The translations under genes were made by a program, and so were the position numbers. 64,000 nt of DNA from Nitrospirota bacterium (lineage in GTDB: Bacteria > Nitrospirota > UBA9217): positions 2,240,001 to 2,304,000 of the forward strand of contig CAVTRN010000002.1 in assembly GCA_963737155.1 (NCBI GenBank), in the 5' to 3' direction. Under the pieces are notes generated by a model. The model searched no databases and was not told where the DNA came from. It worked only from the letters and a program-made list of their open reading frames with translations. Positions 19,800 to 31,074 of this stretch are shown piece after piece (within the stretch, counting starts at the first letter, position 1; each line of letters starts with the position of its first letter).

Positions 19800-21059
19800 T
19801 TACCTCGCAGGTAACGTCACACTGAAAGCTGTTCCCTGCCCTTCACTGCTTTCCACTTCAAGCCTGCCTCCATGGGAGGCAATAATTTTATGGGCCAGTG
19901 CCAGGCCCATTCCCACGCCGGAGTCTTTTGTTGTAAAAAAAGGAAGAAATATTTTTTTTATGTTATCCGCAGGGATTCCAGCGCCGCTGTCATGTATAAC
20001 GATATTCAGGTCGTATCCTGCTCGGCACAATACCGACAGCTTTCCTCCGTACGGCATCGCTTCAACAGCATTCTGGATCAAGTTGGTCAATGCCTGCCGC
20101 ATTAGCACCTCATCGATCGATACAACGGTGGCATCAATCTTGAGTTCAGTTGTCACCCGATGTCCGGCGTCCTTGGCCAACAATACCGATGCGAGACAGC
20201 TTTCTATCATTTCCCCGACATTGACTGGAACCCGATTCAGAGATGCCGGGCGTGCAAAGGTAAGAAGGTCTCCAATGATCCTGTTCATTCCGTTTATTTC
20301 ATCGGCGATTTTCCGGGTCAGCTCTTGAGAAGACGGATCATATTTTTTCGACATTAGGTTCAGATAGCCGGAGATTACTGCCATGGGATTCCGCAGTTCG
20401 TGGGCGATGCCTGCGGACATCTCGCCGAGGGCGGTCAGCCGCTCACGGAGCTCAACCTGTTCTTGCAAATGTTTAACTTCCGTAAGGTCCGAAAAGGACA
20501 GGATAACGCCGATCGCCGCATCATGCCGGTCGGTAAGGACCGCCGTATTGTATCCGAGCCAGAGACGTCCACCTGCACGGGCGAGCATTGCTTCCATACG
20601 AGCCGAAGGAACTTTCCGCTCTAGGGTACGATGGACTGCCGCTGTAATGCCGTCTTCGTCGAAGATATCGCGGCAGCTCTTACTGAGGACAAGATCGCGA
20701 TTCAGGCTAAGTATTTCCTCTGCCGCACGATTGATTGTGGTAAGTTTGCACTGAGTGTCGAAAGTCATCACTCCGCTTGTTACGCATTGAAGGATGTTTT
20801 CATTATAGCTTTCGATGTTATCAGCCCGCTGTTCTGCCAGTGCTTTGAGACGTACGAGTTCCTTTTCCTTCTCCTTCAGCTGTTTGGTAACGTCGCGAAA
20901 GGCGCTAATGATAAAAGAAGTATCTGTCGATTTTCTTCTCTCTTTTTTTTGAAGGCCAAGGACCCGTCTAAACCGGCGCGTGACGCTCCAGAGCACAAAC
21001 CCCGCCACCAGAAGGATAAAAAGGACGGGGAGAAATGTGAACAGAGTTCGTGATGTCAT
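19800..21059 (-). CDS. PAS sensor histidine kinase
   Basis: One TM, PAS, AHELRNP, NAVEA, DSGAG, FFTTK..GMGL. Confidence 0.92.
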   Translation of the reverse strand: MTSRTLFTFLPVLFILLVAGFVLWSVTRRFRRVLGLQKKERRKSTDTSFIISAFRDVTKQLKEKEKELVRLKALAEQRADNIESYNENILQCVTSGVMTFDTQCKLTTINRAAEEILSLNRDLVLSKSCRDIFDEDGITAAVHRTLERKVPSARMEAMLARAGGRLWLGYNTAVLTDRHDAAIGVILSFSDLTEVKHLQEQVELRERLTALGEMSAGIAHELRNPMAVISGYLNLMSKKYDPSSQELTRKIADEINGMNRIIGDLLTFARPASLNRVPVNVGEMIESCLASVLLAKDAGHRVTTELKIDATVVSIDEVLMRQALTNLIQNAVEAMPYGGKLSVLCRAGYDLNIVIHDSGAGIPADNIKKIFLPFFTTKDSGVGMGLALAHKIIASHGGRLEVESSEGQGTAFSVTLPAR

Positions 21060-21883
21060 GGTCTAATCAGATTGAGATACCATGATACGATAGTAGACCC
21101 ATAGAATGCTGTCATGACTGCGCCGAAGGCAAGGAAAGGACCAAAGGGAATGACCTTCTCCATTTTATGCCGCTTCAACAGGATGAATAGAATACCTCCG
21201 ACAGACCCGACAAGAGAGCCGAGCATAATGGTGAGGAGAGCTCCTTTCCATCCGAAAAAACTGCCAATCATGCCCATAAGCTTCACATCGCCACCCCCCA
21301 TGGCCTCGACATGACGAAGCCTTTCCCATATCCATCCGACGGCAAAAAGCGGGACTGCCCCCGCAAGCAACCCGATGAGTGAATTGAGAAATGCAACCAG
21401 ATAGAGACCCGCATGTGGCAACAAACTGCCAAGATGGAACGGGAGCGGCTCGGCAAGAGGATGGAGATAAAAAGGCGCGAAGGAAAGCCCAATGAGCATC
21501 CCGGGCAGGGTAATAATATCGGGGATGATCTGATGATCGAAATCGATGAAAGTAATCACGATCAGGGACGAACAAAGGATCATTAACAGCACAGCTTCAC
21601 CGCCGAAGCCAAAATTAAGAGCGACCCAAACATAAAACAAGCCGTTGACAAGTTCAACAAACGGGTATCGCCACGAAATGGGTTCTCCACATTTACGACA
21701 CTTGGCTCGGAGAAAGATAAAGCTGACAAGAGGAATGTTGTCGTAGAATCTGATGGGTTCTTTGCAATGGGGGCAATGGGACGCCGGTTTATTCACTGAG
21801 CGACCGCTCGGCAATCGCACGATGCAGACATTCAGAAAACTTCCGATGACAAGGCCAAAGAGAAAGGTAGCGAAAACCATCAT
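21056..21883 (-). CDS. pilD: Type IV prepilin peptidase
   Basis: GSFLNVCI, SHCPHC..KCRKC, MGGGDVKL, PFGPFL. Confidence 0.95.
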   Translation of the reverse strand: MMVFATFLFGLVIGSFLNVCIVRLPSGRSVNKPASHCPHCKEPIRFYDNIPLVSFIFLRAKCRKCGEPISWRYPFVELVNGLFYVWVALNFGFGGEAVLLMILCSSLIVITFIDFDHQIIPDIITLPGMLIGLSFAPFYLHPLAEPLPFHLGSLLPHAGLYLVAFLNSLIGLLAGAVPLFAVGWIWERLRHVEAMGGGDVKLMGMIGSFFGWKGALLTIMLGSLVGSVGGILFILLKRHKMEKVIPFGPFLAFGAVMTAFYGSTIVSWYLNLIRP

Positions 21884-22248
21884 GAAAGCGCATCCTCCGT
21901 CTGCCTTACAGCGGTTTTTAAATCCCGCCGGACTATTTTCAATTCGGTCTTGAGTTCTTCGATTTCTCGTTCCCGATCTGTCAATTCAGCCATTGCCGTG
22001 ACAATCTCTTCATCGCGGAACAGGACGTCGGTCACCTTGGGGAGGGCATCCTGCCCTTTGAGATCCATAATTTTTCGGCCAATTTGACGGTGCAACTGAT
22101 CGATCGCGGCCTGCGTTTCGTCGATCCTGATTCTCAGCCGCACGATCATAAGCTCAGTCTTCACCCACTCCGAAAAAGTAGCGGCCATGACGGAGATCTT
22201 CTTGCTGCCTTTCCCTATGTTCAGGACCGCTTTTTCCCAGATGGTCAT
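21880..22248 (-). CDS. Hypothetical coiled-coil protein
   Basis: AAGGAG RBS before ATG 22248; stop overlaps the pilD start. Confidence 0.65.
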   Translation of the reverse strand: MTIWEKAVLNIGKGSKKISVMAATFSEWVKTELMIVRLRIRIDETQAAIDQLHRQIGRKIMDLKGQDALPKVTDVLFRDEEIVTAMAELTDREREIEELKTELKIVRRDLKTAVRQTEDALS

Positions 22249-22372
22249 AGTAACTCCTTGCATAAGGATCATGATTACATGGCATGGGTAAGGCCAGATC
22301 ATAAAAACAAGTATCCCATTGCCCCGGCCAATGTCCCTGATTAGCTTACTTTATCAGAATATGTCTAAAATA

Positions 22373-24865
22373 TCAACCGACGGAAATCAGCCCCAGACGC
22401 CCCTGCCACTTCCGTTTCAGAAACCCCCTGAGATGCGGATACTGTTCCAGTTGGGGGGCCTGTTCCAGGAGCTGCATAGCCTCGCTTCTGGCAATTTCCA
22501 GCAAGTCGGCATCTCGGATAATGTTGGCAGCTCGCAGGTCAGGAAGTCCAGACTGGCGGGTACCGAAGAACTCACCTGGTCCACGCATGCGCAGGTCCTC
22601 TTCAGCGATCTTGAAACCATCATTCGTATGTGCAAAAGCATTGAGCCGTTCCCGAGCTTCTACGGCAAACATTCGAGGCCCCATGAGAATACAGTAAGAT
22701 TGGTGGTCTCCTCTCCCGACACGCCCACGCAGCTGATGGAGCTGGGACAGGCCAAAACGCTCGGGATGCTCGATCACCATGACCGTTGCATTCGGGACAT
22801 CAACGCCCACCTCGATTACAGTGGTTGAAACTAGTATCTGAATTTCACGGGCTTTGAATGCGGCCATGACTGACTCTTTGACATCACCTTTCATCCTGCC
22901 ATGAAGCAGACCGATCTTCCGCCCCTGGAAAACGTCCTTCTGCATATGAGCAGCCATCTCCGTCGCGGCATTGAGATCGCTCTTTTCCGTTTCCTCCACA
23001 AGCGGATAGACAACATAAATCTGGCGGCCTTTATTGAGTTCACCGTCCATAAACTGATACGCCTCCCGGCGTCTGTTCTCAAAATAAAGCTGCGTAATAA
23101 TCGGAATTCTGCCTTCGGGCATTTCATCAATAACCGATACGTCAAGATCGCCGTAGACCGTGAGCGCGAGTGTGCGCGGGATAGGAGTTGCAGTCATGAC
23201 AAGCACGTCCGGTTCATACCCCTTTGCGGTCAGTGTTGAGCGCTGCATCACGCCGAACCGATGCTGTTCATCGATTATTGCAAGACCGAGCTTGCTGAAT
23301 ATTACCTGCTCCTCAATTAACGCATGCGTACCAACAACAATCCGTGCTTCCCCAGATTCGATTTCAGCGATCACCTCCGCTTTCTCTTTCTTTTTGCGGC
23401 TGCCGGTGAGGGACCTGACCGCGATGCCGAGCGGTCCGACCAGTCCGGTCATGTTGCTATAGTGTTGTTCTGCGAGGATTTCCGTCGGTGCCATGACACA
23501 GGCCTGGTATCCATTCTCTACCGCCAGCAAAGCGGCCATCAAGGCCACGATTGTCTTTCCGCAACCTACATCACCCTGCACCAGCCGGTTCATAGGACGG
23601 TCCGCCGTCATGTCATTCCGGATTTCGGCGATTACGCGTTCTTGGGCTTTCGTCAGGCCGAAGGGAAGACTCTTCCTTAGCATCATCTCGAGATTCATCA
23701 GCGGTCTGAACTGAATTCCCTTCTTTTCAACCATCAATCCCCATTTTCTGAGCGCAAGCCCCAGTTCCAATACGAAGAGTTCCTCGAAGCTCAACCTGCG
23801 GTGCGCTGCGCTCAAACCCCTGTTTAATACGTTTACATCCTTCTCCTGCGTTGGGAAATGGACCTCGTAGTATGCCTCCTGAACAGGCATCAGGGAATAT
23901 TTTTCGACGATCCCCTTAGGCAGCATTTCAGACATTGCTCCAACGCATGTATCAAGAATGTCCTTGATCATGCTGCGAAGATAGCGAACGGAAATTCCGG
24001 CGGTTGTACGATATATGGGTACCATTCTGCCGGTATGGATAAGCCCGTCCGTCTCGTCGTCTTCCATAATCTCGTAATCTGGATTTTCAATCTGCGGCAA
24101 CCCGCCCTTGTAGGTGTTTGCCTTGATGATCCCAGACAAGATCACCCGCTGACCTTTTTTAAACATCTTCTGCATAAAGGGCTGATTAAACCAAGAACCG
24201 ATGAGCATACCGCTCCGGTCGGTGATCAGGAGTTCAAAGATCCTGACGTGTTTTCGCTTTGTCTGGACTACTTCGGCGGAAACCACCTCACCCGATACAG
24301 TCTCATAGGCGCCGTAGGAGAGCCGTCCGATTTTTTTGAGGTTCCCCCGGTCTTCATAACGCCATGGGAAATAGGACAGCGCGTCCTCAACAGTCGATAT
24401 GCCGAGTTTTTTTAACCTCTCAGCTCGTTTCAGCCCAATACCCTTGCAGTATTGAATGAGGCTATCGAGCCGGAGTGAATCCTTAACGTCTTCCCCTTGC
24501 TCCCCATCGCGTGATAGTGTCAAAATGTTTCGTATCTTCTCGCCCTCAGGGGAAGGCCCGCGCTGAACTGGACGAATAGAAGCGGAATGCTGCGGATCAT
24601 GTCCGAGATCCTCAGCATTGATCAGCGCCGTTGCTTTCAGGATACGGTCACGCTTCTGTTCCGGTGGCAGTTTGTCAAAATCCGTGAATAGTTTTTCGAT
24701 GCCCTCAATCAATATTTTGTCATTCGAGAATAGTTTTAGTTCTTCGATCTGTACCCGTATGAATGGTTCAAGTGCAGCAAGCGTTTTGAGGTGGGCAAAA
24801 TCGTCCCTGCCAGCGAATGACAGCGGCTTCCTGATTCTGTCTAGAATAGTTTTTTTGGACTCCAT
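22373..24865 (-). CDS. recG: ATP-dependent DNA helicase RecG with N-terminal extension
   Basis: QGDVGCGKT, DEQHRFG, MTATPIPRT, QLRGRVGRG. Confidence 0.96.
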   Translation of the reverse strand: MESKKTILDRIRKPLSFAGRDDFAHLKTLAALEPFIRVQIEELKLFSNDKILIEGIEKLFTDFDKLPPEQKRDRILKATALINAEDLGHDPQHSASIRPVQRGPSPEGEKIRNILTLSRDGEQGEDVKDSLRLDSLIQYCKGIGLKRAERLKKLGISTVEDALSYFPWRYEDRGNLKKIGRLSYGAYETVSGEVVSAEVVQTKRKHVRIFELLITDRSGMLIGSWFNQPFMQKMFKKGQRVILSGIIKANTYKGGLPQIENPDYEIMEDDETDGLIHTGRMVPIYRTTAGISVRYLRSMIKDILDTCVGAMSEMLPKGIVEKYSLMPVQEAYYEVHFPTQEKDVNVLNRGLSAAHRRLSFEELFVLELGLALRKWGLMVEKKGIQFRPLMNLEMMLRKSLPFGLTKAQERVIAEIRNDMTADRPMNRLVQGDVGCGKTIVALMAALLAVENGYQACVMAPTEILAEQHYSNMTGLVGPLGIAVRSLTGSRKKKEKAEVIAEIESGEARIVVGTHALIEEQVIFSKLGLAIIDEQHRFGVMQRSTLTAKGYEPDVLVMTATPIPRTLALTVYGDLDVSVIDEMPEGRIPIITQLYFENRRREAYQFMDGELNKGRQIYVVYPLVEETEKSDLNAATEMAAHMQKDVFQGRKIGLLHGRMKGDVKESVMAAFKAREIQILVSTTVIEVGVDVPNATVMVIEHPERFGLSQLHQLRGRVGRGDHQSYCILMGPRMFAVEARERLNAFAHTNDGFKIAEEDLRMRGPGEFFGTRQSGLPDLRAANIIRDADLLEIARSEAMQLLEQAPQLEQYPHLRGFLKRKWQGRLGLISVG

Positions 24866-25070
24866 AGAAGATACTTATATTAAATTATTTTGCGAGAATT
24901 GTCGAGGAAAAGCAATGAACCTTACTTCGGCAGTTGAAAATCGGATTGGACAATGAATCTGAAAATCTCATAGCGAAAGATTCGGAGTTCATCAGCAATT
25001 TGTCTTAGTTCAAAATAACGCGACGGACAAATAGCATCAGAGAGAGGATTGCAGCGAAAACGGGGCTTTG

Positions 25071-26459
25071 TTACCGGGCCCCCATCGCATTCTCAATACT
25101 GGCTTGAGCAATTTTGTAGTTATACAGCGCGGCGTTATAGGCCGCCTGGGCGCTGACATAAGTTGCAAATGCATCGGAAACCTCAATTGTACTGCCTACC
25201 CCTGCAACATATCTGCCGTTTGCGAGAGCGAGGTTCTCTGTGGCCTCATCGGCTGATAGTTTAGCCGCCGAAATACTGGCCTCGGCAGCCTGCAAATTCA
25301 GATACGACTGCCGGATATCAAGGATAATCTGCTGCCGCAAGGCTTCTTCATTTTCCCTTAAGAGGTACAGATTGGACTTGGCCTCCGCCACCTGATGGCT
25401 CGTCAGGAAACCGTTGAACAGGGGTATGGTCAGCGCCACCCCGACATCCCAACTGGTGCCCGTCGTATAGGGTTGTAGATAAATTTCGTCTTTACCGTAA
25501 TCAGCGTTCCCAGACAAAACAGGATAGTAGCCTGTTCGCTGTAAACTGATATTCTCTTCGGCGGCATGGACTTGCGAGACGATTGACTTGAGGTCAGGCC
25601 TGTTCTCGAAAGCCCGCGTTGCGGCGTCTTCAAGGGTTATGGCATATTTCTGGAACGAAAGATTATCCTCTATCGTAAATTCCGGTGCATTAGGGACTCC
25701 CATCGAGTTTCTGAGGGTGACCCATGCTATCTTAAGAGTGTTGTCCGCGGTGATGAGGGCGAGCTTCGCGTTGCTCAGATTTACTTCCGCTGTAATAACA
25801 TCTATTTTCGCATTCGTCCCGACTTTATAAAACCCTTGTGCCTGGTCAAGATGCAACTGGTACTGTTTTATAACATCGGCGGCCACACCCAGGTTCCTCT
25901 TCGCCTGGAGCACTGCGTAATAGGCCTGCTTGACGCTCAGGGTCGTCGCGGCCGCCGTCGTGTTGAAGTTCATGCGGGACGCCTCGAGGTTATCTCTCGA
26001 GATACCGACTGAAGATGAAGTCTTTCCAAAATCCAGGATCGTTTGACTGAGGCTGATGCTGCCCGTCAATTCATTGTATGCTGTCACAGGGATAACCGAT
26101 GTCCCCGGAAAAGGCTTGACTCTGTTAAATGACGCCTGGGCGCTCACTTGGGGATAATAATTTGAAAGGGCCTCGCCTACCTGTTCCTTACTGATATCAA
26201 CGGAATATAGCGCGGCAATAATGGTCGGGTTGGTTCTGAGTGCTATTTCGCAGCACTGGCTTACGGTCAGCATGGTGACTGTCGGCACGCTCTGCACATC
26301 CACAGCCTTGTGCATTGAACCCTGCTCAGGCACTGCGGCAATTTCTTGAATGAGATGGGCCATCTCTTCAGACGACGCATCCGCTACCGCAACACATGAC
26401 AAGATAAACACCAGAAGCAGCAATTTAAGAACAAGTTTGAAATCGCCGTTCCAACCCAT
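25071..26459 (-). CDS. TolC-family outer membrane efflux protein
   Basis: Signal peptide, YYPQVS, QTILDFGK, duplicated OEP repeats. Confidence 0.88.
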   Translation of the reverse strand: MGWNGDFKLVLKLLLLVFILSCVAVADASSEEMAHLIQEIAAVPEQGSMHKAVDVQSVPTVTMLTVSQCCEIALRTNPTIIAALYSVDISKEQVGEALSNYYPQVSAQASFNRVKPFPGTSVIPVTAYNELTGSISLSQTILDFGKTSSSVGISRDNLEASRMNFNTTAAATTLSVKQAYYAVLQAKRNLGVAADVIKQYQLHLDQAQGFYKVGTNAKIDVITAEVNLSNAKLALITADNTLKIAWVTLRNSMGVPNAPEFTIEDNLSFQKYAITLEDAATRAFENRPDLKSIVSQVHAAEENISLQRTGYYPVLSGNADYGKDEIYLQPYTTGTSWDVGVALTIPLFNGFLTSHQVAEAKSNLYLLRENEEALRQQIILDIRQSYLNLQAAEASISAAKLSADEATENLALANGRYVAGVGSTIEVSDAFATYVSAQAAYNAALYNYKIAQASIENAMGAR

Positions 26460-26480
26460 CGTGATTCTCCTCCGAACTTT

Positions 26481-27074
26481 TTAATTGAATTTTTGAGTAC
26501 CGTTGATAAAGATATCCACCATGTCCTTAACGGCCTGCTCCATTCGCTTTTTCGTCATCCCGTTTTCCTTCATGATTTCTTCTGTCCTGAAATAATTAAA
26601 GAGCATACCCAAAAAAGTTCTCGCAGCGATTTCCGGACAAATATTCCTTAAAACTGCTTTTTTCTGCATCAGAACAAAATAGCCTGCGAGCGTCATGCGA
26701 ACCTCGTCGACATAGGAACGGTACATCCTTTTTACTTTTTCGGGATAAATATGAATCTCCGAAAGTAGTATTTTCATCATCGATTTTCGTTCTTTCAGCG
26801 TCGTTAGGAAGTTCACCGCAATCAGGATAAGCGCCTCTTCGTACGTATGGTCGCCGAGCTCCGGCAGAAGCTCTTTGAGCCTCGGCAAGAAAGTATAACT
26901 GCTCAGAAGCTCCATAAAAAGCTTTTCTTTGGTTCCAAAATGTCGGAACAACGTGAGTTCCGTCACGCCTGCGTGACGTGATATCTCACGAGTCGTCGCT
27001 CCCAGGTAACCTTTTTCGGAAATAAGATGCAGCGATGATTCAAGCAATCTCTGTCTTGTTTCCGCTTTTTTCAT
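26481..27074 (-). CDS. TetR/AcrR-family regulator
   Basis: GYLGATTREISRHAGVTELTLFRHFGTKEKL. Confidence 0.92.
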   Translation of the reverse strand: MKKAETRQRLLESSLHLISEKGYLGATTREISRHAGVTELTLFRHFGTKEKLFMELLSSYTFLPRLKELLPELGDHTYEEALILIAVNFLTTLKERKSMMKILLSEIHIYPEKVKRMYRSYVDEVRMTLAGYFVLMQKKAVLRNICPEIAARTFLGMLFNYFRTEEIMKENGMTKKRMEQAVKDMVDIFINGTQKFN

Positions 27075-27101
27075 TCTCCTTCGGCCCCTTTGTCTAAAAT
27101 T

Positions 27102-27117
27102 GTAAGTACGTGCTTAC
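27102..27117. promoter_or_regulatory. Putative TetR operator
   Basis: GTAAGTAC|GTGCTTAC near-perfect palindrome just upstream of the tetR gene. Confidence 0.6.
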
Positions 27118-27242
27118 GTTACATTATGTAAAGCCCTCTGTCAAGAAATTAACTGATGCTTCTCTTCCAATATCTTCGGGAAGGCCTTTCGTGCCTTTTC
27201 TTCATTTTGCTTTTTCGGGCGTCGAGAGGTATAATATCTGCC

Positions 27243-29240
27243 ATGAAAAAAAGCACACCATTGCTTTTCCCTCTGCTCCTGATTCTTTCCGCCATACTCG
27301 CCGGAGGGGCGGTCGGGTTTTCAATCTATTCAGTATGGGACCTTCCCCAGGTCCAAGCCCTTGAGGAATACCGCCCGAGCATCACCTCGAGGGTCTATTC
27401 GGATGACAACAGGCTTATTGCCGAGTTCTATCTCGAGAACCGCAGACCTGTTTCTCTGGACGATGTGCCGCCGATGCTCATCAATGCACTCATCGCAACG
27501 GAAGATGCAAGGTTTTACAGCCATCCGGGGATTGACGTCCGCGGTATGGCAAGGGCGTTCATGCGGAACATATTCGCACGGAAAGTCCTTGAAGGCGGCA
27601 GTACACTCACCCAGCAGCTGGCCAAAGTTCTCTTCCTGACACCAGAGCGAAGTTACAAGAGGAAACTCAAGGAAATGGTCCTGGCGCTCAAGATCGAACA
27701 ACGCTATACGAAACGCGAGATCTTGTCCATGTATCTGAATCAGATGTACTTCGGCAGCGGAGCCTATGGTGTGGAGTCAGCTTCCAACATCTACTTCGGT
27801 AAATCAGTAAAAGACCTGAATGTGGCCGAGTGCGCCCTGCTGGCCGGCCTGCCCAGGTCTCCCAAATATTACTCTCCGTTCAACTCCCCTCAGAGCGCGG
27901 CATCCAGACGCGCCTATGTGTTAAAGCGCATGGAGGCGGCAGGAATCATCACCAGGACACAGGCTGACGGGGCAAATAAGGCTCCCTTGCCCGTACCAAC
28001 GGCGGAAAAAAACGGTGGTCTCGCACCTTACTTCGTCGAATATGTCCGCCAGAAAGTTGAAGAGCGCTTTGGATCGAGCATACTGTACTCCGGCGGCTTG
28101 AATATCTATACAAGCATTAATGATGAACTCCAGGCGTATGCCGAAGAGGCCGTCAAGGACGGCCTGGCGGCAGTCGAGTCGCATCAGGTAAAATCGGGGC
28201 ATGCTCCTCTTCAGGCGGCTTTTATTGCCCTTGATCCGTTAACGGGTCGCATTCGCGCCATGGTCGGAGGCCGTGATTTCAACAGCAGCCAGTTCAACCG
28301 CGCTATACAAGCCCTCCGGCAGCCGGGGTCTGCGTTCAAGCCCATCATTTACGCCGAAGCCTTGGAACAGGGATACAGCCCTTCCGATATTCTCAATGAT
28401 TCACCGCTTACCATAAAAATAGACCGAAAAAAAACATGGTCTCCAGAAAACTATACGCACACCTATCAGGGCCCAGTTACCCTCCAAAACGCGCTTGCCC
28501 AGTCGCTCAATGTGCCGACAATCCGGCTTCTGGAAAAAATCGGTATCGACGATACGATCCAATACGCACAGAAACTAGGGATTCGCAGCCCTTTGACACA
28601 TTATTTGTCGCTTGCGCTTGGCAGTTCCTCCCTGACGCTCGCCGAACTTACTTCGGCCTACGCGGTATTCTCCAATCACGGAATCAAACTGGGTCCTGTC
28701 TCGATACAGTCTATAACCGACAATTCAGGACAGGTCCTCTACATGAATGATGCATTGCCGGAGCAGATTATAAAACCCGAGACTGCTTATCTGATCACCT
28801 ACCTTCTGCAAGGCGTCATAGAGCGGGGAACGGGCTGGAAAGCGCGTGAACTCGGCCGGCCAGCCGCAGGCAAAACAGGGACGTCGAACGACTATCGCGA
28901 CGCATGGTTTATTGGATATACGCCTAACCTCGTTGCAGGCGTTTGGGTTGGCTACGATGATCAGGAAAGCATCGGGCCGAAGGAAACCGGCGCCAGAGCA
29001 GCCTTGCCTATCTGGCTCGAATTCATGAAAAAAGCGACTGCCGAACGACCTGTTGAGGATTTTTCCTTTCCTGACGGGATTGTCTTTAAACAGATTGATC
29101 CGAAAACGGGCCTTCTCTGCACGGAAAAATGCAAGGTTTCTATCCGCGAAGCCTATCTGACGGGTACCGAACCTAGCCGCTACTGCGATGGATCGTCGCC
29201 TGAATCCGATAAAATAGGAATCCAGGACGAAGTTCCCTGA
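27243..29240 (+). CDS. Class A penicillin-binding protein (PBP1A family)
   Basis: TEDARF, GGSTLTQQL, RKLKE, SAFK, SLN, KTG; likely start MKKSTP at 27243. Confidence 0.93.
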   Translation: MKKSTPLLFPLLLILSAILAGGAVGFSIYSVWDLPQVQALEEYRPSITSRVYSDDNRLIAEFYLENRRPVSLDDVPPMLINALIATEDARFYSHPGIDVRGMARAFMRNIFARKVLEGGSTLTQQLAKVLFLTPERSYKRKLKEMVLALKIEQRYTKREILSMYLNQMYFGSGAYGVESASNIYFGKSVKDLNVAECALLAGLPRSPKYYSPFNSPQSAASRRAYVLKRMEAAGIITRTQADGANKAPLPVPTAEKNGGLAPYFVEYVRQKVEERFGSSILYSGGLNIYTSINDELQAYAEEAVKDGLAAVESHQVKSGHAPLQAAFIALDPLTGRIRAMVGGRDFNSSQFNRAIQALRQPGSAFKPIIYAEALEQGYSPSDILNDSPLTIKIDRKKTWSPENYTHTYQGPVTLQNALAQSLNVPTIRLLEKIGIDDTIQYAQKLGIRSPLTHYLSLALGSSSLTLAELTSAYAVFSNHGIKLGPVSIQSITDNSGQVLYMNDALPEQIIKPETAYLITYLLQGVIERGTGWKARELGRPAAGKTGTSNDYRDAWFIGYTPNLVAGVWVGYDDQESIGPKETGARAALPIWLEFMKKATAERPVEDFSFPDGIVFKQIDPKTGLLCTEKCKVSIREAYLTGTEPSRYCDGSSPESDKIGIQDEVP

Positions 29241-29382
29241 CCACGCCCCGTGGCAGAACCAAGGGGTTCTCAACTGGTCAAGCTTTAATTGTATATTAGC
29301 AACTTTTATGATATATTATATTCAATGGAATATATAAATAAGGGCTAAGCATCAGTAAACTAACAACTTGAGGCCGTAAAAA

Positions 29383-31074
29383 GTGTCAACTAGGAAAAGC
29401 ACCAAAAATAAGAATGGTGGTGGAAAAGACACCCTGTCATTCACTGCAAATATGCTTCTGGATGATCACCCCTACCCGGAAATAAAGACCTCTCTTTATG
29501 CCATCCTCGACGATACGGGCATCTTGTATGGCCGTATAAAGCGGACCCTGTTTAAAGACTGCATTCGCTCCGGCAAAAAAACAACAGAATTAAAGAACGA
29601 ATACCTGTCAACGTACAAGATCACCGCACGGCAGTTCAATGCAATCCGCTATGATCTGGACGGGAATATCAAGGCGGTAGCGGAAATCAACAAGCTCAGG
29701 ACCATGGATCTTGAAGAGAAAATAATATCAGTAAAAAAGTGGATAGCAAACAATGAATCAAGAATACTCAAAATAACGGCTGATGTGGGTATCCCAAACA
29801 CTGAAAAAAAGAACCAGGCAAAAGAGCTTCAGTATCGTGTTGATAATAAGAAACGAAAGCGTGCTTTTTTGGAGCAAAAGCTTTCCAAGCTCAGGGAAGA
29901 TCAGAAAAACGGGCGGGTAAGGATTTGTTTCGGGTCAAACAAGATATTCAGGAAACAATTTTCCCTGGAGGAAAACGGGTACAAAAACCACAATGAATGG
30001 CTTCTGGGCTGGAGAAGGTCTCGCAACAGCACCTTCTTTTGCCTTGGCTCGAAGGACGAATCGGGCGGGAACCAAACGTGCACCCTGAAGTCCGATGGGA
30101 CGATGAGATTAAGGGTCCCTGATTGTATGAAGGACAAATACGGGCAATCTATTATAATTCCCCGCATAAAATATCCCTATGGTCAGGAACATATCGAAAC
30201 GGCCCTTCAGGCCGGAATAGCGATTTCTCACAGGTTTACCAGGGGCGAGAAGGGCTGGTACCTGCACACGACGGTAGATATTCCAAAGGCAAAAAAAGTT
30301 ACTTACAAGCCAAAGGAAATCGGGTCTATCGGAGTGGACGTCAATGAAAAAGAAATCGCGGTTAGCGAGACCGACCGGTACGGGAATTATGTCAGGAGCA
30401 TAACATATCCATCCTGCGTTAAGGATTTGCGTACTGAACAGACAGAAGCAATGTATAGCGATATCTGCCAGTCCATCGTGGACCGGGCAGCCAAGACGGG
30501 AAAACCTATATCCCACGAAGAACTCGATTTTAGCAAGAAGAAAGCTTCCTTAAAAGAGCAGGGCGTTACTTACGCAAGGATGCTTTCCGGTTTCGCCTAC
30601 GGAACCTTCCTCACCCTGCTGGATAGAAGGGCGGCAAAACATGGCGTTTCCGTGCTCCCGGTCAACCCTGCTTTCACCACGACCATAGGGAAATTTAATT
30701 ACGTGGACCGCTATGGTATTACGTCGCATGAAGCTGCGGCGCTGGCCATCGCGAGACGCTCTCAACATTTCAGTGAAAGGCCTGATTCCGCCAGAATCGC
30801 GCCTCCCGTACCTGCAAGGAATCGGGGGGTGCATATCTGGAGCATTTGGAGAAGGCTGAAGACGAGACAGGCGGGCGGTAGCATTAGCCTGACCGGCTCA
30901 AGGCGGTCCTTACAGGACTCCTCAGGTTGCGCTGAACCACAAACGAAATTTACATCAACGAAGACAGCGCAATCCATGCGGCCACCTCTTGCTACAATAA
31001 AGAGTGTGCACCGCCGCATGGGATCCCAATTCAAAAATCACGGGACTTGGGTGAATCAGAGGCATGCGCCCTGA
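29383..31074 (+). CDS. Large TnpB-related RuvC protein (IS200/IS605-IS607 accessory type), no adjacent transposase
   Basis: IGVDVN (RuvC-I), SHEELDF (RuvC-II), VNPAFTTTIG..YGITSHEAAALAIARR (RuvC-III region with His, no CxxC Zn finger). Confidence 0.85.
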   Translation: MSTRKSTKNKNGGGKDTLSFTANMLLDDHPYPEIKTSLYAILDDTGILYGRIKRTLFKDCIRSGKKTTELKNEYLSTYKITARQFNAIRYDLDGNIKAVAEINKLRTMDLEEKIISVKKWIANNESRILKITADVGIPNTEKKNQAKELQYRVDNKKRKRAFLEQKLSKLREDQKNGRVRICFGSNKIFRKQFSLEENGYKNHNEWLLGWRRSRNSTFFCLGSKDESGGNQTCTLKSDGTMRLRVPDCMKDKYGQSIIIPRIKYPYGQEHIETALQAGIAISHRFTRGEKGWYLHTTVDIPKAKKVTYKPKEIGSIGVDVNEKEIAVSETDRYGNYVRSITYPSCVKDLRTEQTEAMYSDICQSIVDRAAKTGKPISHEELDFSKKKASLKEQGVTYARMLSGFAYGTFLTLLDRRAAKHGVSVLPVNPAFTTTIGKFNYVDRYGITSHEAAALAIARRSQHFSERPDSARIAPPVPARNRGVHIWSIWRRLKTRQAGGSISLTGSRRSLQDSSGCAEPQTKFTSTKTAQSMRPPLATIKSVHRRMGSQFKNHGTWVNQRHAP